Source: the human T2T-CHM13v2.0 reference genome, Homo sapiens. Taken from it: a stretch of 64,000 bases of DNA. The stretch is taken from assembly GCF_009914755.1 (NCBI RefSeq), contig NC_060948.1. One strand, 5' to 3'. The notes below the pieces were generated by a model. The model did no database searches and had not been told where the DNA came from. It saw only the letters and a list, made by a program, of their open reading frames with translations. This document shows, piece by piece, positions 22,686 through 42,325 of this stretch; within the stretch, counting starts at the first letter, position 1; every line of letters starts with the position of its first letter. Position numbers and translations under genes: made by a program.

Positions 22686-22977
22686 TTTTTTTTTAGACAG
22701 AATCTTGTCCTGTTGCACAGGGTGGGGTACAATGGCGCCATCTTTGCTCACTGCAACTTCTGCCTCACGGGTCCAAGCGATTGTCCTCCCTCGGCCTCCC
22801 AGGTAGCTGGGACTACACCACACTGGGACTACACCAGCTGCCACCATGCCTAGCTAATTTTTTGGATTTTTAGTAGTGACAGCGTTTCACTGTATTGGCC
22901 AGGATGGTCTTGATCTCTTCACCTTGTGATCCCCTTGCCTTGGCCTCCAAATTTGCTGGGATTACAGGCCTGAGCCA
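22686..22977 (-). mobile_element. Alu fragment, unit 10
   Basis: Near-identical copy; carries the cctcGgcc variant. Confidence 0.93.
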
Positions 22978-25082
22978 AGATCCATATTTTGTAAATGAAA
23001 AAAAATTTCAAAGGTACTCTGCTTGGTACAATAATCAAATGTATAAACTGAGGAATAAAACATAACCATGAAACCTACTTATAACTGCATATGGAAAATA
23101 CAGAGGATAATTTTTTAAATAACATATTTTGAAAGCCTTAACTAGTAATTTGAAGAGTTGGCATTTGAAAGGCCAGTATGAATATAACTTCAAAGCAGCA
23201 ACACAGGTTCCCCATGAGAAAAAGCAAACACAGGGAAAATAAAAACACAAAGGTTCAATCTCTTCTGACCTTTGAAAGACACAGCACAGACAGTGGTCCT
23301 TAGGACGAAGAGCAGGAGACCCCTAATTCCGTCACCATGGCGATAGGGCATAAACATTGCTGGGTGAGGGCACAATCCACATTGTGAGGTCCAACTGCTG
23401 CCAGGAAGACAGGAGTGCTTTTACATAGACCGAAAGGTCATTGAAGGCTCAGAGTTTTGTTTCAAGAACTGAATCCCAAGCCCACACGTTATTAGGCTGC
23501 GCTTCTTAAAACAAGTTATGAGATGGGAAAAAGGGCACCCACAAACATACGTATACATTATGTATATAATAATATACAGTATCATATATATACTATATAT
23601 AACCTATGTATAATATTGTTTTACATCCTGCATCTTATGTTATATATATTGTATAAAATATAATAATTGATAATATATAAGTTTTATAATTATACAATAT
23701 GACATATAGTATATATTATAATTTATGACATATATAATATATGTTATATATCATATATAGAATATATTATACGGTTAATATACGTATTAAATATAAATTA
23801 TACATTATATATATTATATATAATATATCTGTTATATATAATACCCATTATGCATAATATATATATTATGTCTATGTTATATATAGTATAAAACAACATA
23901 TAATAATATATAATTGTATATATAAAATGCGACATATAATATATATTATATTTTATAACATATGTAATATATATTATATATTATATATAATACGTTGTAT
24001 GTATAATACCTATATTAAATACATATTATATGACTATGTTATTAATTATATGTCACATGTGTTATATATTATATATTTTACATAGAATATACCGGTTACA
24101 TACAATATATACTATGTTACCTATAATGTATAATTTATTACATGTAAAATAAGGAATGCAATATATTATGTATAATTTATAATATACCATATGTGGAATG
24201 TGATATATATAACATATAATATATGATATATGATATACAGTATATGATATATAACATACAATATATGATTCCTAATATATATGGTATACAATATATATTT
24301 TATGATATGTATTCTATATGTTTTATATTCTGTTATATATAACTATTTGAAATTATATATAACTGTATAATATTTTATGTAAATATGTAATATAATATAT
24401 ATAACTATATAATATATTATATATAACTATATATTATGTTATATATACTTTTATAACATAATTTACATAAAATATCATAATATAATATATATTATATTAT
24501 TTCATATTACATAATATATATTACATATCAACCAATATAACTAACATACATAATATTATAATATAGATTACATTATGTTATATTAAATATCATATATATC
24601 ATGTATCATATATTCTATAATATATATGACACATTATATAATATGTATGTTGTCTATTATGTGATATATATAACTATATATATAATTATATTTTTATACA
24701 TATAACTAGATAAACATGTGATTCTTCGTATTTTCATTTATAATATGTAGAATTATATAATCATATATAATTATTTATATTCTATAAAAAATTTTATCAT
24801 TATATAAATTATAATATATAAAAATTATAATATGTACTACAAATATATATATTATATATCATATATGATATAGTACCTTTGTTATATTTCATAATACATA
24901 TAAATGTGTATTATGTTATCTATAATTATATAATTTCATTTATAAGATGTATAATATGTATCATATATTATATATGTTATGTAATATATATAGTATATAT
25001 AAGATGACACAGGATAAATATTATATACTATGACATATAAAATATATGAGGTTATATGTTACATATAAGGCATAGCACATAA

Positions 25083-25397
<315 letters not shown>

Positions 25398-27525
25398 AGA
25401 TCCATATTTTGTAAATGAAAAAAAATTTCAAAGGTACTCTGCTTGGTACAATAATCAAATGTATAAACTGAGGAATAAAACATAACCATGAAACCTACTT
25501 ATAACTGCATATGGAAAATACAGAGGATAATTTTTTAAATAACATATTTTGAAAGCCTTAACTAGTAATTTGAAGAGTTGGCATTTGAAAGGCCAGTATG
25601 AATATACCTTCAAAGCAGCAACACAGGTTCCCCATGAGAAAAAGCAAACACAGGGAAAATAAAAACACAAAGGTTCAATCTCTTCTGACCTTTGAAAGAC
25701 ACAGCACAGACAGTGGTCCTTAGGACGAAGAGCAGGAGACCCCTAATTCCGTCACCATGGCGATAGGGCATAAACATTGCTGGGTGAGGGCACAATCCAC
25801 ATTGTGAGGTCCAACTGCTGCCAGGAAGACAGGAGTGCTTTTACATAGACCGAAAGGTCATTGAAGGCTCAGAGTTTTGTTTCAAGAACTGAATCCCAAG
25901 CCCACACGTTATTAGGCTGCGCTTCTTAAAACAAGTTATGAGATGGGAAAAAGGGCACCCACGAACATACGTATACATTATGTATATAATAATATACAGT
26001 ATCATATATATAATATATATAACCTATGTATAATATTGTTTTACATCCTGCATCTTATGTTATATATATTGTATAAAATATAATAATTGATAATATATAA
26101 GTTTTATAATTATACAATATGACATATAGTATATATTATAATTTATGACATATATAATATATGTTATATATCATATATAGAATATATTATACGGTTAATA
26201 TACGTATTAAATATAAATTATACCTTATATATATTATATATAATATATCTGTTATATATAATACCCATTATGCATAATATATATATTATGTCTATGTTAT
26301 ATATAGTATAAAACAACATATAATAATATATAATTGTATATATAAAATGCGACATATAATATATATTATATTTTATAACATATGTAATATATATTATATA
26401 TTATATATAATACGTTGTATGTATAATACCTATATTAAATATATATTATATGACTCTGTTATTAATTACATGTCACATGTGTTATATATTATATATTTTA
26501 CATAGAATATACCGGTAACATACAATATATACTATGTTACCTATAATGTATAATTTATTACATGTAAAATAAAGAATGCAATATATTATGTATAATTTAT
26601 AATATACAATATGTGGAATGTGATATATGTAACATATAATATATGATATATGATATAGAGTATATGATATATAACATACAATATATGATTCCTAATATAT
26701 ATGGTATACAATATATATTTTATGATATGTATTCTCTATGTTTTATATTCTGTTATATATAACTATTTGAAATTATATATAACTGTATAATATTTTATGT
26801 AAATATGTAATATAATATATATAACTATATAATATATTATATATAACTATATATTATGTTATATATACTTTTATAACATAATTTACATAAAATATCATAA
26901 TATAATATATATTATATTATTTCATATTACATAATATATATTACATATCACCCAATATAACTAACATACATAATATTATAATATAGATTATATTATGTTA
27001 TATTAAATATCATATATATCATGTATCATATATTCTATAATATGTATTACACATTATATAATATGTATGTTGTCTATTATGTGATATATATAACTATATA
27101 TATAATTATATTTTTATACATATAACTAGATAAACATGTAATTCTACATATTTTCATTTATAATATGTAGAATTATATAATCATATATAATTATTTATAT
27201 TCTATAAAAAATTTTATCATTATATAAATTATAATATATAAAAATTATAATATGTACTACAAATATATATATTATATATCATATATGATATAGTACCTTT
27301 GTTATATTTCATAATACATATAAATGTGTATTATGTTATCTATAATTATATAATTTCATATATAAGATGTATAATATGTATCATATATTATATATGTTAT
27401 GTAATATATATAGTATATATAAGATGACACATGATAAATATTGTATACTATGACATATAAAATATATGAGGTTATATGTTACATATAAGGCATAGCACAT
27501 AACATGTAATATATATCATATATAA

Positions 27526-27816
27526 TTTTTTTTTAGACAGAATCTTGTCCTGTTGCACAGGGTGGGGTACAATGGCGCCATCTTTGCTCACTGCAACTTC
27601 TGCCTCATGGGTCCAAGCGATTGTCCTCCCTCAGCCTCCCAGGTAGCTGGGACTACACCACACTGGGACTACACCAGCTGCCACCATGCCTAGCTAATTT
27701 TTTGGATTTTTAGTAGTGACAGCGTTTCACTGTATTGGCCAGGATGGTCTTGATCTCTTCACCTTGTGATCCCCTTGCTTGGCCTCCAAATTTGCTGGGA
27801 TTACAGGCCTGAGCCA
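27526..27816 (-). mobile_element. Alu fragment, unit 12
   Basis: Near-identical copy; 1-bp deletion (ttgcttggcc) and CpG decay (tcatggg). Confidence 0.93.
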
Positions 27817-29912
27817 AGATCCATATTTTTTAAATGAAAAAAAATTTCAAAGGTACTCTGCTTGGTACAATAATCAAATGTATAAACTGAGGAATAAAAC
27901 ATAACCATGAAACCTACTTATAACTGCATATGGAAAATACAGAGGATAATTTTTTAAATAACATATTTTGAAAGCCTTAACTAGTAATTTGAAGAGCTGG
28001 CATTTGAAAGGCCAGTATGAATATACCTTCAAAGCAGCAACACAGGTTCCCCATGAGAAAAAGCAAACACAGGGAAAATAAAAACACAAAGGTTCAATCT
28101 CTTCTGACCTTTGAAAGACACAGCACAGACAGTGGTCCTTAGGACGAAGAGCAGGAGACCCCTAATTCCGTCACCATGGCGATAGGGCATAAACATTGCT
28201 GGGTGAGGGCAAAATCCACATTGTGAGGTCCAACTGCTGCCAGGAGGACAGGAGTGCTTTTACATAGACCGAAAGGTCATTGAAGGCTCAGAGTTTTGTT
28301 TCAAGAACTGAATCCCAAGCCCACACGTTATTAGGCTGCGCTTCTTAAAACAAGTTATGAGATGGGAAAAAGGGCACCCACAAACATACGTATACATTAT
28401 GTATATAATAATATACAGTATCATATATATAATATATATAACCTATGTATAATATTGTTTTACATCCTGCATCTTATGTTATATATATTGTATAAAATAT
28501 AATAATTGATAATATATAAGTTTTATAATTATACAATATGACATATAGTATATATTATAATTTATGACATATATAATATATGTTATATATCATATATAGA
28601 ATATATTATACGGTTAATATACGTATTAAATATAAATTATACATTATATATATTATATATAATATATCTGTTATATATAATACCCATTATGCATAATATA
28701 TATATTATGTCTATGTTATATATAGTATAAAACAACATATAATAATATATAATTGTATATATAAAATGCGACATAGAATATATATTATATTTTATAACAT
28801 ATGTAATATATATTATATATAATACGTTGTATGTATAATACCTATATTAAATATATATTATATGACTATGTTATTAATTACATGTCACATGTGTTATATA
28901 TTATATATTTTACATAGAATATACCGGTTACATACAATATATACTATGTTACCTATAATGTATAATTTATTACATGTAAAATAAAGAATGCAATATATTA
29001 TGTATAATTTATAATATACAATATGTGGAATGTGATATATGTAATATATAATATATGATATATGATATACAGTATATGATATATAACATACAATATATGA
29101 TTCCTAATATATATGGTATACAATATATATTTTATGATATGTATTCTATATGTTTTATATTCTGTTATATATAACTATTTGAAATTATATATAACTGTAT
29201 AATATTTTATGTAAATATGTAATGTAATATATAACTATATAATATATTATATATAACTATATATTATGTTATATATACTTTTATAACATAATTTACATAA
29301 AATATCATAATATAATATATATTATATTATTTCATATTACATAATATATATTACATATCAACCAATATAACTAACATACATAATATTATAATATAGATTA
29401 TATTATGTTATATTAAATATCATATATATCATGTATCATATATTCTATAATATATATTGCACATTATATAATATGTATGTTGTCTATTATGTGATATATA
29501 TAACTATATATATAATTATATTTTTATACATATAACTGGATAAACATGTAATTCTACATATTTTCATTTATAATATGTAGAATTATATAATCATATATAA
29601 TTATTTATATTCTATAAAAAATTTTATCATTATATAAATTATAATATATAAAAATTATAATATGTACTACAAATATATATATTATATATCATATATGATA
29701 TAGTACCTTTGTTATATTTCATAATACATATAAATGTGTATTATGTTATCTATAATTATATAATTTCATATATAAGGTGTATAATATATATCATATATTA
29801 TATATGTTATGTAATATATATAGTATATATAAGATGACACAGGATAAATATTATATACTATGACATATAAAATATATGAGGTTATATGTTACATATAAGG
29901 CATAGCACATAA

Positions 29913-30227
<315 letters not shown>

Positions 30228-32330
30228 AGATCCATATTTTTTAAATGAAAAAAAATTTCAAACTTACTCTGCTTGGTACAATAATCAAATGTATAAACTG
30301 AGGAATAAAACATAACCATGAAACCTACTTATAACTGCATATGGAAAATACAGAGGATAATTTTTTAAATAACATATTTTGAAAGCCTTAACTAGTAATT
30401 TGAAGAGTTGGCATTTGAAAGGCCAGTATGAATATACCTTCAAAGCAGCAACACAGGTTCCCCATGAGAAAAAGCAAACACAGGGAAAATAAAAACACAA
30501 AGGTTCAATCTCTTCTGACCTTTGAAAGACACAGCACAGACAGTGGTCCTTAGGACGAAGAGCAGGAGACCCCTAATTCCGTCACCATGGCGATAGGGCA
30601 TAAACATTGCTGGGTGAGGGCACAATCCACATTGTGAGGTCCAACTGCTGCCAGGAAGACAGGAGTGCTTTTACATAGACCGAAAGGTCATTGAAGGCTC
30701 AGAGTTTTGTTTCAAGAACTGAATCCCAAGCCCACACGTTATTAGGCTGCGCTTCTTAAAACAAGTTATGAGATGGGAAAAAGGGCACCCACAAACATAC
30801 GTATACATTATGTATATAATAATATACAGTATCATATATATACTATATATAACCTATGTATAATATTGTTTTACATCCTGCATCTTAGGTTATATATATT
30901 GTATAAAATATAATAATTGATAATATATAAGTTTTATAAATATACAATATGACATATAGTATATATTATAATTTATGACATATATAATATATGTTATATA
31001 TCATATATAGAATATATTATACGGTTAATATACGTATTAAATATAAATTATACCTTATATATATTATATATAATATATCTGTTATATATAATACCCATTA
31101 TGCATAATATATATATTATGTCTATGTTATATATAGTATAAAACAACATATAATAATATATAATTGTATATATAAAATGCGACATATAATATATATTATA
31201 TTTTATAACATATGTAATATATATTATATATTATATATAATACGTTGTATGTATAATACCTATATTAAATATATATTATATGACTCTGTTATTAATTACA
31301 TGTCACATGTGTTATATATTATATATTTTACATAGAATATACCGGTAACATACAATATATACTATGTTACCTATAATGTATAATTTATTACATGTAAAAT
31401 AAAGAATGCAATATATTATGTATAATTTATAATATACAATATGTGGAATGTGATATATGTAACATATAATATATGATATATGATATACAGTATATGATAT
31501 ATAACATACAATATATGATTCCTAATATATATGGTATACAATATATATTTTATGATATGTATTCTATATGTTTTATATTCTGTTATATATAACTATTTGA
31601 AATTATATATAACTGTATAATATTTTATGTAAATATGTAATGTAATATATAACTATATAATATATTATATATAACTATATATTATGTTATATATACTTTT
31701 ATAACATAATTTACATAAAATATCATAATATAATATATATTATATTATTTCATATTACATAATATATATTACATATCAACCAATATAACTAACATACATA
31801 ATATTATAATATAGATTATATTATGTTATATTAAATATCATATATACCATGTATCATATGTTCTATAATATATATTACACATTATATAATATGTATGTTG
31901 TCTATTATGTGATATATATAACTATATATATAATTATATTTTTATACATATAACTAGATAAACATGTAATTCTAAATATTTTCATTTATAATATGTAGAA
32001 TTATATAATCATATATAATTATTTATATTCTATAAAAAATTTTATCATTATATAAATTATAATATATAAAAATTATAATATGTACTACAAATATATATAT
32101 TATATATCATATATGATATAGTACCTTTGTTATATATCATAATACATATAAATGTGTATTATGTTATCTATAATTATATAATTTCATATATAAGATGTAT
32201 AATATGTATCATATATTATATATGTTATGTAATATATATAGTATATATAAGATGACACAGGATAAATATTATATACTATGACATATAAAATATATGAGGT
32301 TATATGTTACATATAAGGCATAGCACATAA

Positions 32331-32645
<315 letters not shown>

Positions 32646-34750
32646 AGATCCATATTTTTTAAATGAAAAAAAATTTCAAAGGTACTCTGCTTGGTACAAT
32701 AATCAAATGTATAAACTGAGGAATAAAACATAACCATGAAACCTACTTATAACTGCATATGGAAAATACAGAGGATAATTTTTTAAATAACATATTTTGA
32801 AAGCCTTAACTAGTAATTTGAAGAGCTGGCATTTGAAATGCCAGTATGAATATACCTTCAAATCAGCAACACAGGTTCCCCATGAGAAAAAGCAAACACA
32901 GGGAAAATAAAAACACAAAGGTTCAATCTCTTCTGACCTTTGAAAGACACAGCACAGACAGTGGTCCTTAGGACGAAGAGCAGGAGACCCCTAATTCCGT
33001 CACCATGGCGATAGGGCATAAACATTGCTGGGTGAGGGCACAATCCACATTGTGAGGTCCAACTGCTGCCAGGAAGACAGGAGTGCTTTTACATAGACCG
33101 AAAGGTCATTGAAGGCTCAGAGTTTTGTTTCAAGAACTGAATCCCAAGCCCACACGTTATTAGGCTGCGCTTCTTAAAACAAGTTATGAGATGGGAAAAA
33201 GGGCACCCACAAACATACGTATACTTTATGTATATAATAATATACAGTGTCATATATTTAATATATATAACCTATGTATAATATTGTTTTACATCCTGCA
33301 TCTTATGTTATATATATTGTATAAAATATAATAATTGATAATATATAAGTTTTATAATTATACAATATGACATATAGTATATATTATAATTTATGACATA
33401 TATAATATATGTTATATGTCATATATAGAATATATTATACGGTTAATATACGTATTAAATATAAATTATACATTATATATATTATATATAATATATCTGT
33501 TATATATAATACCCATTATGCATAATATATATATTATGTCTATGTTATATATAGTATAAAACAACATATAATAATATATAATTGTATATATAAAATGCGA
33601 CATATAATATATATTATATTTTATAACATATGTAATATATATTATATATTATATATAATACATTGTATGTATAATACCTATATTAAATATATATTATATG
33701 ACTATGTTATTAATTACATGTCACATGTGTTATATATTATATATTTTACATAGAATATACCGGTTACATACAATATATACTATGTTACCTATAATGTATA
33801 TTTTATTACATGTAAAATAAAGAATGCAATATATTATGTATAATTTATAATATACCATATGTGGAATGTGATATATATAACATATAATATATGATATATG
33901 ATATACAGTATATGATATATAACATACGATATATGATTCCTAATATATATGTTATACAATATATATTTTATGATATGTATTCTATATGTTTTATATTCTG
34001 TTATATATAACTATTTGAAATTATATATAACTGTATAATATTTTATGTAAATATGTAATATAATATATATAACTATATAATATATTATATATAACTATAT
34101 ATTATGTTATATATACTTTCATAACATAATTTACATAAAATATCATAATATAATATATATTATATTATTTCATATTACATAATATATATTACATATCACC
34201 CAATATAACTAACATACATAATATTATAATATAGACTATATTATGTTATATTAAATATCATATAAATCATGTATCATATATTCTATAATATATATTACAC
34301 ATTATATAATATGTATGTTGTCTATTATGTGATATATATAACTATATATATAATTATATTTTTATACATATAACTAGATAAACATGTAATTCTACATATT
34401 TTCATTTATAATATGTAGAATTATATAATCATATATAATTATTAATATTCTATAAAAAATTTTATCATTACATAAATTATAATATATAAAAATTATAATA
34501 TGTACTACAAATATATATATTATATATCATATATGATATAGTACCTTTGTTATATATCATAATACATATAAATGTGTATTATGTTATCTATAATTATATA
34601 ATTTCATATATAAGATGTATAATATGTATCATATATTATATATGTTATGTAATATATATAGTATATATAAGATGACACAGGATAAATATTATATACTATG
34701 ACATATAAAATATATGAGGTTATATGTTACATATAAGGCATAGCACATAA

Positions 34751-35065
<315 letters not shown>

Positions 35066-37170
35066 AGATCCATATTTTTTAAATGAAAAAAAATTTCAAA
35101 CGTACTCTGCTTGGTACAATAATCAAATGTATAAACTGAGGAATAAAACATAACCATGAAACCTACTTATAACTGCATATGGAAAATACAGAGGATAATT
35201 TTTTAAATAACATATTTTGAAAGCCTTAACTAGTAATTTGAAGAGTTGGCATTTGAAAGGCCAGTATGAATATACCTTCAAAGCAGCAACACAGGTTCCC
35301 CATGAGAAAAAGCAAACACAGGGAAAATAAAAACACAAAGGTTCAATCTCTTCTGACCTTTGAGAGACACAGCAGAGACAGTGGTCCTTAGGACGAAGAG
35401 CAGGAGACCCCTAATTCCGTCACCATGGCGATAGGGCATAAACATTGCTGGGTGAGGGCACAATCCACATTGTGAGGTCCAACTGCTGCCAGGAAGACAG
35501 GAGTGCTTTTACATAGACCGAAAGGTCATTGAAGGCTCAGAGTTTTGTTTCAAGAACTGAATCCCAAGCCCACACGTTATTAGGCTGCGCTTCTTAAAAC
35601 AAGTTATGAGATGGGAAAAAGGGCACCCACAAACATACGTATACATTATGTATATAATAATATACAGTATCATATATATAATATATATAACCTATGTATA
35701 ATATTGTTTTACATTCTGCATCTTATGTTATATATATTGTATAAAATATAATAATTGATAATATGTAAGTTTTATAATTATACAATATGACATATAGTAT
35801 ATATTATAATTTATGACATATATAATATATGTTATATATCATATATAGAATATATTATACGGTTAATATACGTATTAAATATAAATTATACGTTATATAT
35901 ATTATATATAATATATCTGTTATATATAATACCCATTATGCATAATATATATATTATGTCTATGTTATATATAGTATAAAACAACATATAATAATATATA
36001 ATTGTATATATAAAATGCGACATATAATATATATTATATTTTATAACATATGTAATATATATTATATATTATATATAATACGTTGTATGTATAATACCTA
36101 TATTAAATATATATTATATGACTATGTTATTAATTACATGTCACATGCGTTATATATTATATATTTTACATAGAATATACCGGTTACATACAATATATAC
36201 TATGTTACCTATAATGTATAATTTCTTACATGTAAAATAAAGAATGCAATATACTATGTATAATTTATAATATACCATATGTGGAATGTGATATATATAA
36301 CATATAATATATGATATATGATATACAGTATATGATATATAACATACGATATATAATTCCTAATATATACGGTATACAATATATATTTTATGATATGTAT
36401 TCTATATGTTTTATATTCTGTTATATATAACTATTTGAAATTATATATAACTGTATAATATTTTATGTAAATATGTAATATAATATATATAACTATATAA
36501 TATATTATATATAACTATATATTATGTTATATATACTTTTATAACATAATTTACATAAAATATCATAATATAATACATATTATATTATTTCATATTACAT
36601 AATATATATTACATATCACCCAATATAACTAACATACATAATATTATAATATAGATTATATTGTGTTATATTAAATATCATATATATCATGTATCATATA
36701 TTCTATAATATATATTACACATTATATAATATGTATGTTGTCTATTAGGTGATATATATAACTATATATATAATTATATTTTTATACATATAACTAGATA
36801 AACATGTAATTCTACATATTTTCATTTATAATATGTAGAAATATATAATCATATATAATTATTTATATTCTATAAAAAATTTTATCATTATATAAATTAT
36901 AATATATAAAAATTATAATATGTACTACAAATATATATATTATATATCATATATGATATAGTACCTTTGTTATATATCATAATACATATAAATGTGTATT
37001 ATGATATCTATAATTATATAATTTCATATATAAGATGTATAATATGTATCATATATTATATATGTTATGTAATATATATAGTATATATAAGATGACACAG
37101 GATAAATATTATATACTATGACATATAAAATATATCAGGTTATATGTTACATATAAGGCATAGCACATAA

Positions 37171-37485
<315 letters not shown>

Positions 37486-39590
37486 AGATCCATATTTTTT
37501 AAATGAAAAAAAATTTCAAAGGTACTCTGCTTGGTACAATAATCAAATGTATAAACTGAGGAATAAAACATAACCATGAAACCTACTTATAACTGCATAT
37601 GGAAAATACAGAGGATAATTTTTTAAATAACATATTTTGAAAGCCTTAACTAGTAATTTGAAGAGCTGGCATTTGAAAGGCCAGTATGAATATACCTTCA
37701 AAGCAGCAACACAGGTTCCCCATGAGAAAAAGCAAACACAGGGAAAATAAAAACACAAAGGTTCAATCTCTTCTGACCTTTGAAAGACACAGCACAGACA
37801 GTGGTCCTTAGGACGAAGAGCAGGAGACCCCTAATTCCGTCACCATGGCGATAGGGCATAAACATTGCTGGGTGAGGGCACAATCCACATTGTGAGGTCC
37901 AACTGCTGCCATGAAGACAGGAGTGCTTTTACATAGACCGAAAGGTCATTGAAGGCTCAGAGTTTTGTTTCAAGAACTGAATCCCAAGCCCACACGTTAT
38001 TAGGCTGCGCTTCTTAAAACAAGTTATGAGATGGGAAAAAGGGCACCCACAAACATACGTATACATTATGTATATAATAATATACAGTGTCATATATTTA
38101 ATATATATAACCTATGTATAATATTGTTTTACATCCTGCATCTTATGTTATATATATTGTATAAAATATAATAATTGATAATATATAAGTTTTATAATTA
38201 TACAATATGACATATAGTATATATTATAATTTATGACATATATAATATATGTTATATGTCATATATAGAATATATTATACGGTTAATATACGTATTAAAT
38301 ATAAATTATACATTATATATATTATATATAATATATCTGTTATATATAATACCCATTATGCATAATATATATATTATATCTATGTTATATATAGTATAAA
38401 ACAACATATAATAATATATAATTGTATATATAAAATGCGACATATAATATATATTATATTTTATAACATATGTAATATATATTATATATTATATATAATA
38501 CGTTGTATGTATAATACCTATATTAAATATATATTATATGACTATGTTATTAATTACATGTCACATGTGTTATATATTATATATTTTACATAGAATATAC
38601 CGGTTACATACAATATATACTATGTTACCTATAATGTATAATTTATTACATGTAAAATAAAGAATGCAATATATTATGTATAATTTATAATATACCATAT
38701 GTGGAATGTGATATATATAACATATAATATATGATATATGATATACAGTATATGATATATAACATACAATATATGATTCCTAATATATATTGTATACAAT
38801 ATATATTTTATGATATGTATTCTATATGTTTTATATTCTGTTATATATAACTATTTGAAATTATATATAACTGTATAATATTTTATGTAAATATGTAATA
38901 TAATATATATAACTATATAATATATTACATATAACTATATATTATGTTATATATACTTTTATAATATAATTTACATAAAATATCATAATGTAATATATAT
39001 TATATTATTTCATATTACATAATATATATTACATATCACCCAATATAACTAACATACATAATATTATAATATAGATTATATTGTGTTATATTAAATATCA
39101 TATATATCATGTATCATATATTCTATAATATATAATACACATTATATAATATGTATGTTGTCTATTATGTGATATATATAACTATATATATAATTATATT
39201 TTTATACATATAACTAGATAAACATGTAATTCTACATATTTTCATTTATAATATGTAGAATTATATAATCATATATAATTATTTATATTCTATAAAAAAT
39301 TTTATCATTATATAAATTATAATATATAAAAATTATAATATGTACTACAAATATATATATTATATATCATATATGATATAGTACCTTTGTTATATATCAT
39401 AATACATATAAATGTGTATTATGTTATCTATAATTATATAATTTCATATATAAGATGTATAATATGTATCACATATTATATATGTTATGTAATATATATA
39501 GTATATATAAGATGACACAGGATAAATATTATATACTATGACATATAAAATATATCAGGTTATATGTTACATATAAGGCATAGCACATAA

Positions 39591-39905
<315 letters not shown>

Positions 39906-42010
39906 AGATCCATATTTTTTAAATGAAAAAAAATTTCAAAGGTACTCTGCTTGGTACAATAATCAAATGTATAAACTGAGGAATAAAACATAACCATGAA
40001 ACCTACTTATAACTGCATATGGAAAATACAGAGGATAATTTTTTAAATAACATATTTTGAAAGCCTTAACTAGTAATTTGAAGAGTTGGCATTTGAAAGG
40101 CCAGTATGAATATACCTTCAAAGCAGCAACACAGGTTCCCCATGAGAAAAAGCAAACACAGGGAAAATAAAAACACAAAGGTTCAATCTCTTCTGACCTT
40201 TGAAAGACACAGCACAGACAGTGGTCCTTAGGACGAAGAGCAGGAGACCCCTAATTCCGTCACCATGGCGATAGGGCATAAACATTGCTGGGTGAGGGCA
40301 CAATCCACATTGTGAGGTCCAACTGCTGCCAGGAAGACAGGAGTGCTTTTACATAGACCGAAAGGTCATTGAAGGCTCAGAGTTTTGTTTCAAGAACTGA
40401 ATCCCAAGCCCACACGTTATTAGGCTGCGCTTCTTAAAACAAGTTATGAGATGGGAAAAAGGGCACCCACAAACATACGTATACATTATGTATATAATAA
40501 TATACAGTATCATATATATAATATATATAACCTATGTATAATATTGTTTTACATCCTGCATCTTATGTTATATATATTGTATAAAATATAATAATTGATA
40601 ATATATAAGTTTTATAAATATACAATATGACATATAGTATATATTATAATTTATGACATATATAATATATGTTATATGTCATATGTAGAATATATTATAC
40701 GGTTAATATACGTATTAAATATAAATTATACATTATATATATTATATATAATATATCTGTTATATATAATACCCATTATGCATAATATATATATTATGTC
40801 TATGTTATATATAGTATAAAACAACATATAATAATATATAATTGTATATATAAAATGCGACATATAATATATATTATATTTTATAACATATGTAATATAT
40901 ATTATATATTATATATAATACGTTGTATGTATAATACCTATATTAAATATATATTATATGACTATGTTATTAATTACATGTCACATGTGTTATATATTAT
41001 ATATTTTACATAGAATATACCGGTTAGATACAATATATACTATGTTACCTATAATGTATAATTTATTACATGTAAAATAAAGAATGCAATATATTATGTA
41101 TAATTTATAATATACAATATTTGGAATGTGATATATATAACATATAATATATGATATATGATATACAGTATATGATATATAACATACAATATATGATTCC
41201 TAATATATATGGTATACAATATATATTTTATGATATGTATTCTATATGTTTTATATTCTGTTATATATAACTATTTGAAATTATATATAACTGTATAATA
41301 TTTTATGTAAATATGTAATATAATATATATAACTATATAATATATTATATATAACTATATATTATGTTATATATACTTTTATAACATAATTTACATAAAA
41401 TATCATAATATAATATATATTATATTATTTCATATTACATAATATATATTACATATCACCCAATATAACTAACATACATAATATTATAATATAGATTATA
41501 TTATGTTATATTAAATATCATATATATCATGTATCATATATTCTATAATATATATTACACTTTATATAATATGTATGTTGTCTATTATGTGATATATATA
41601 ACTATATATATAATTATATTTTTATACATATAACTAGATAAACATGTAATTCTACATATTTTCATTTATAATATGTAGAATTATATAATCATATATAATT
41701 ATTTATATTCTATAAAAAATTTTATCATTACATAAATTATAATATATAAAAATTATAATATGTACTACAAATATATATATTATATATCATATATGATATA
41801 GTACCTTTGTTATATATCATAATACATATAAATGTGTATTATGTTATCTATAATTATATAATTTCATATATAAGATGTATAATATGTATCATATATTATA
41901 TATGTTATGTAATATATATAGTATATATAAGATGACACAGGATAAATATTATATACTATGACATATAAAATATATGAGGTTATATGTTACATATAAGGCA
42001 TAGCACATAA

Positions 42011-42325
<315 letters not shown>

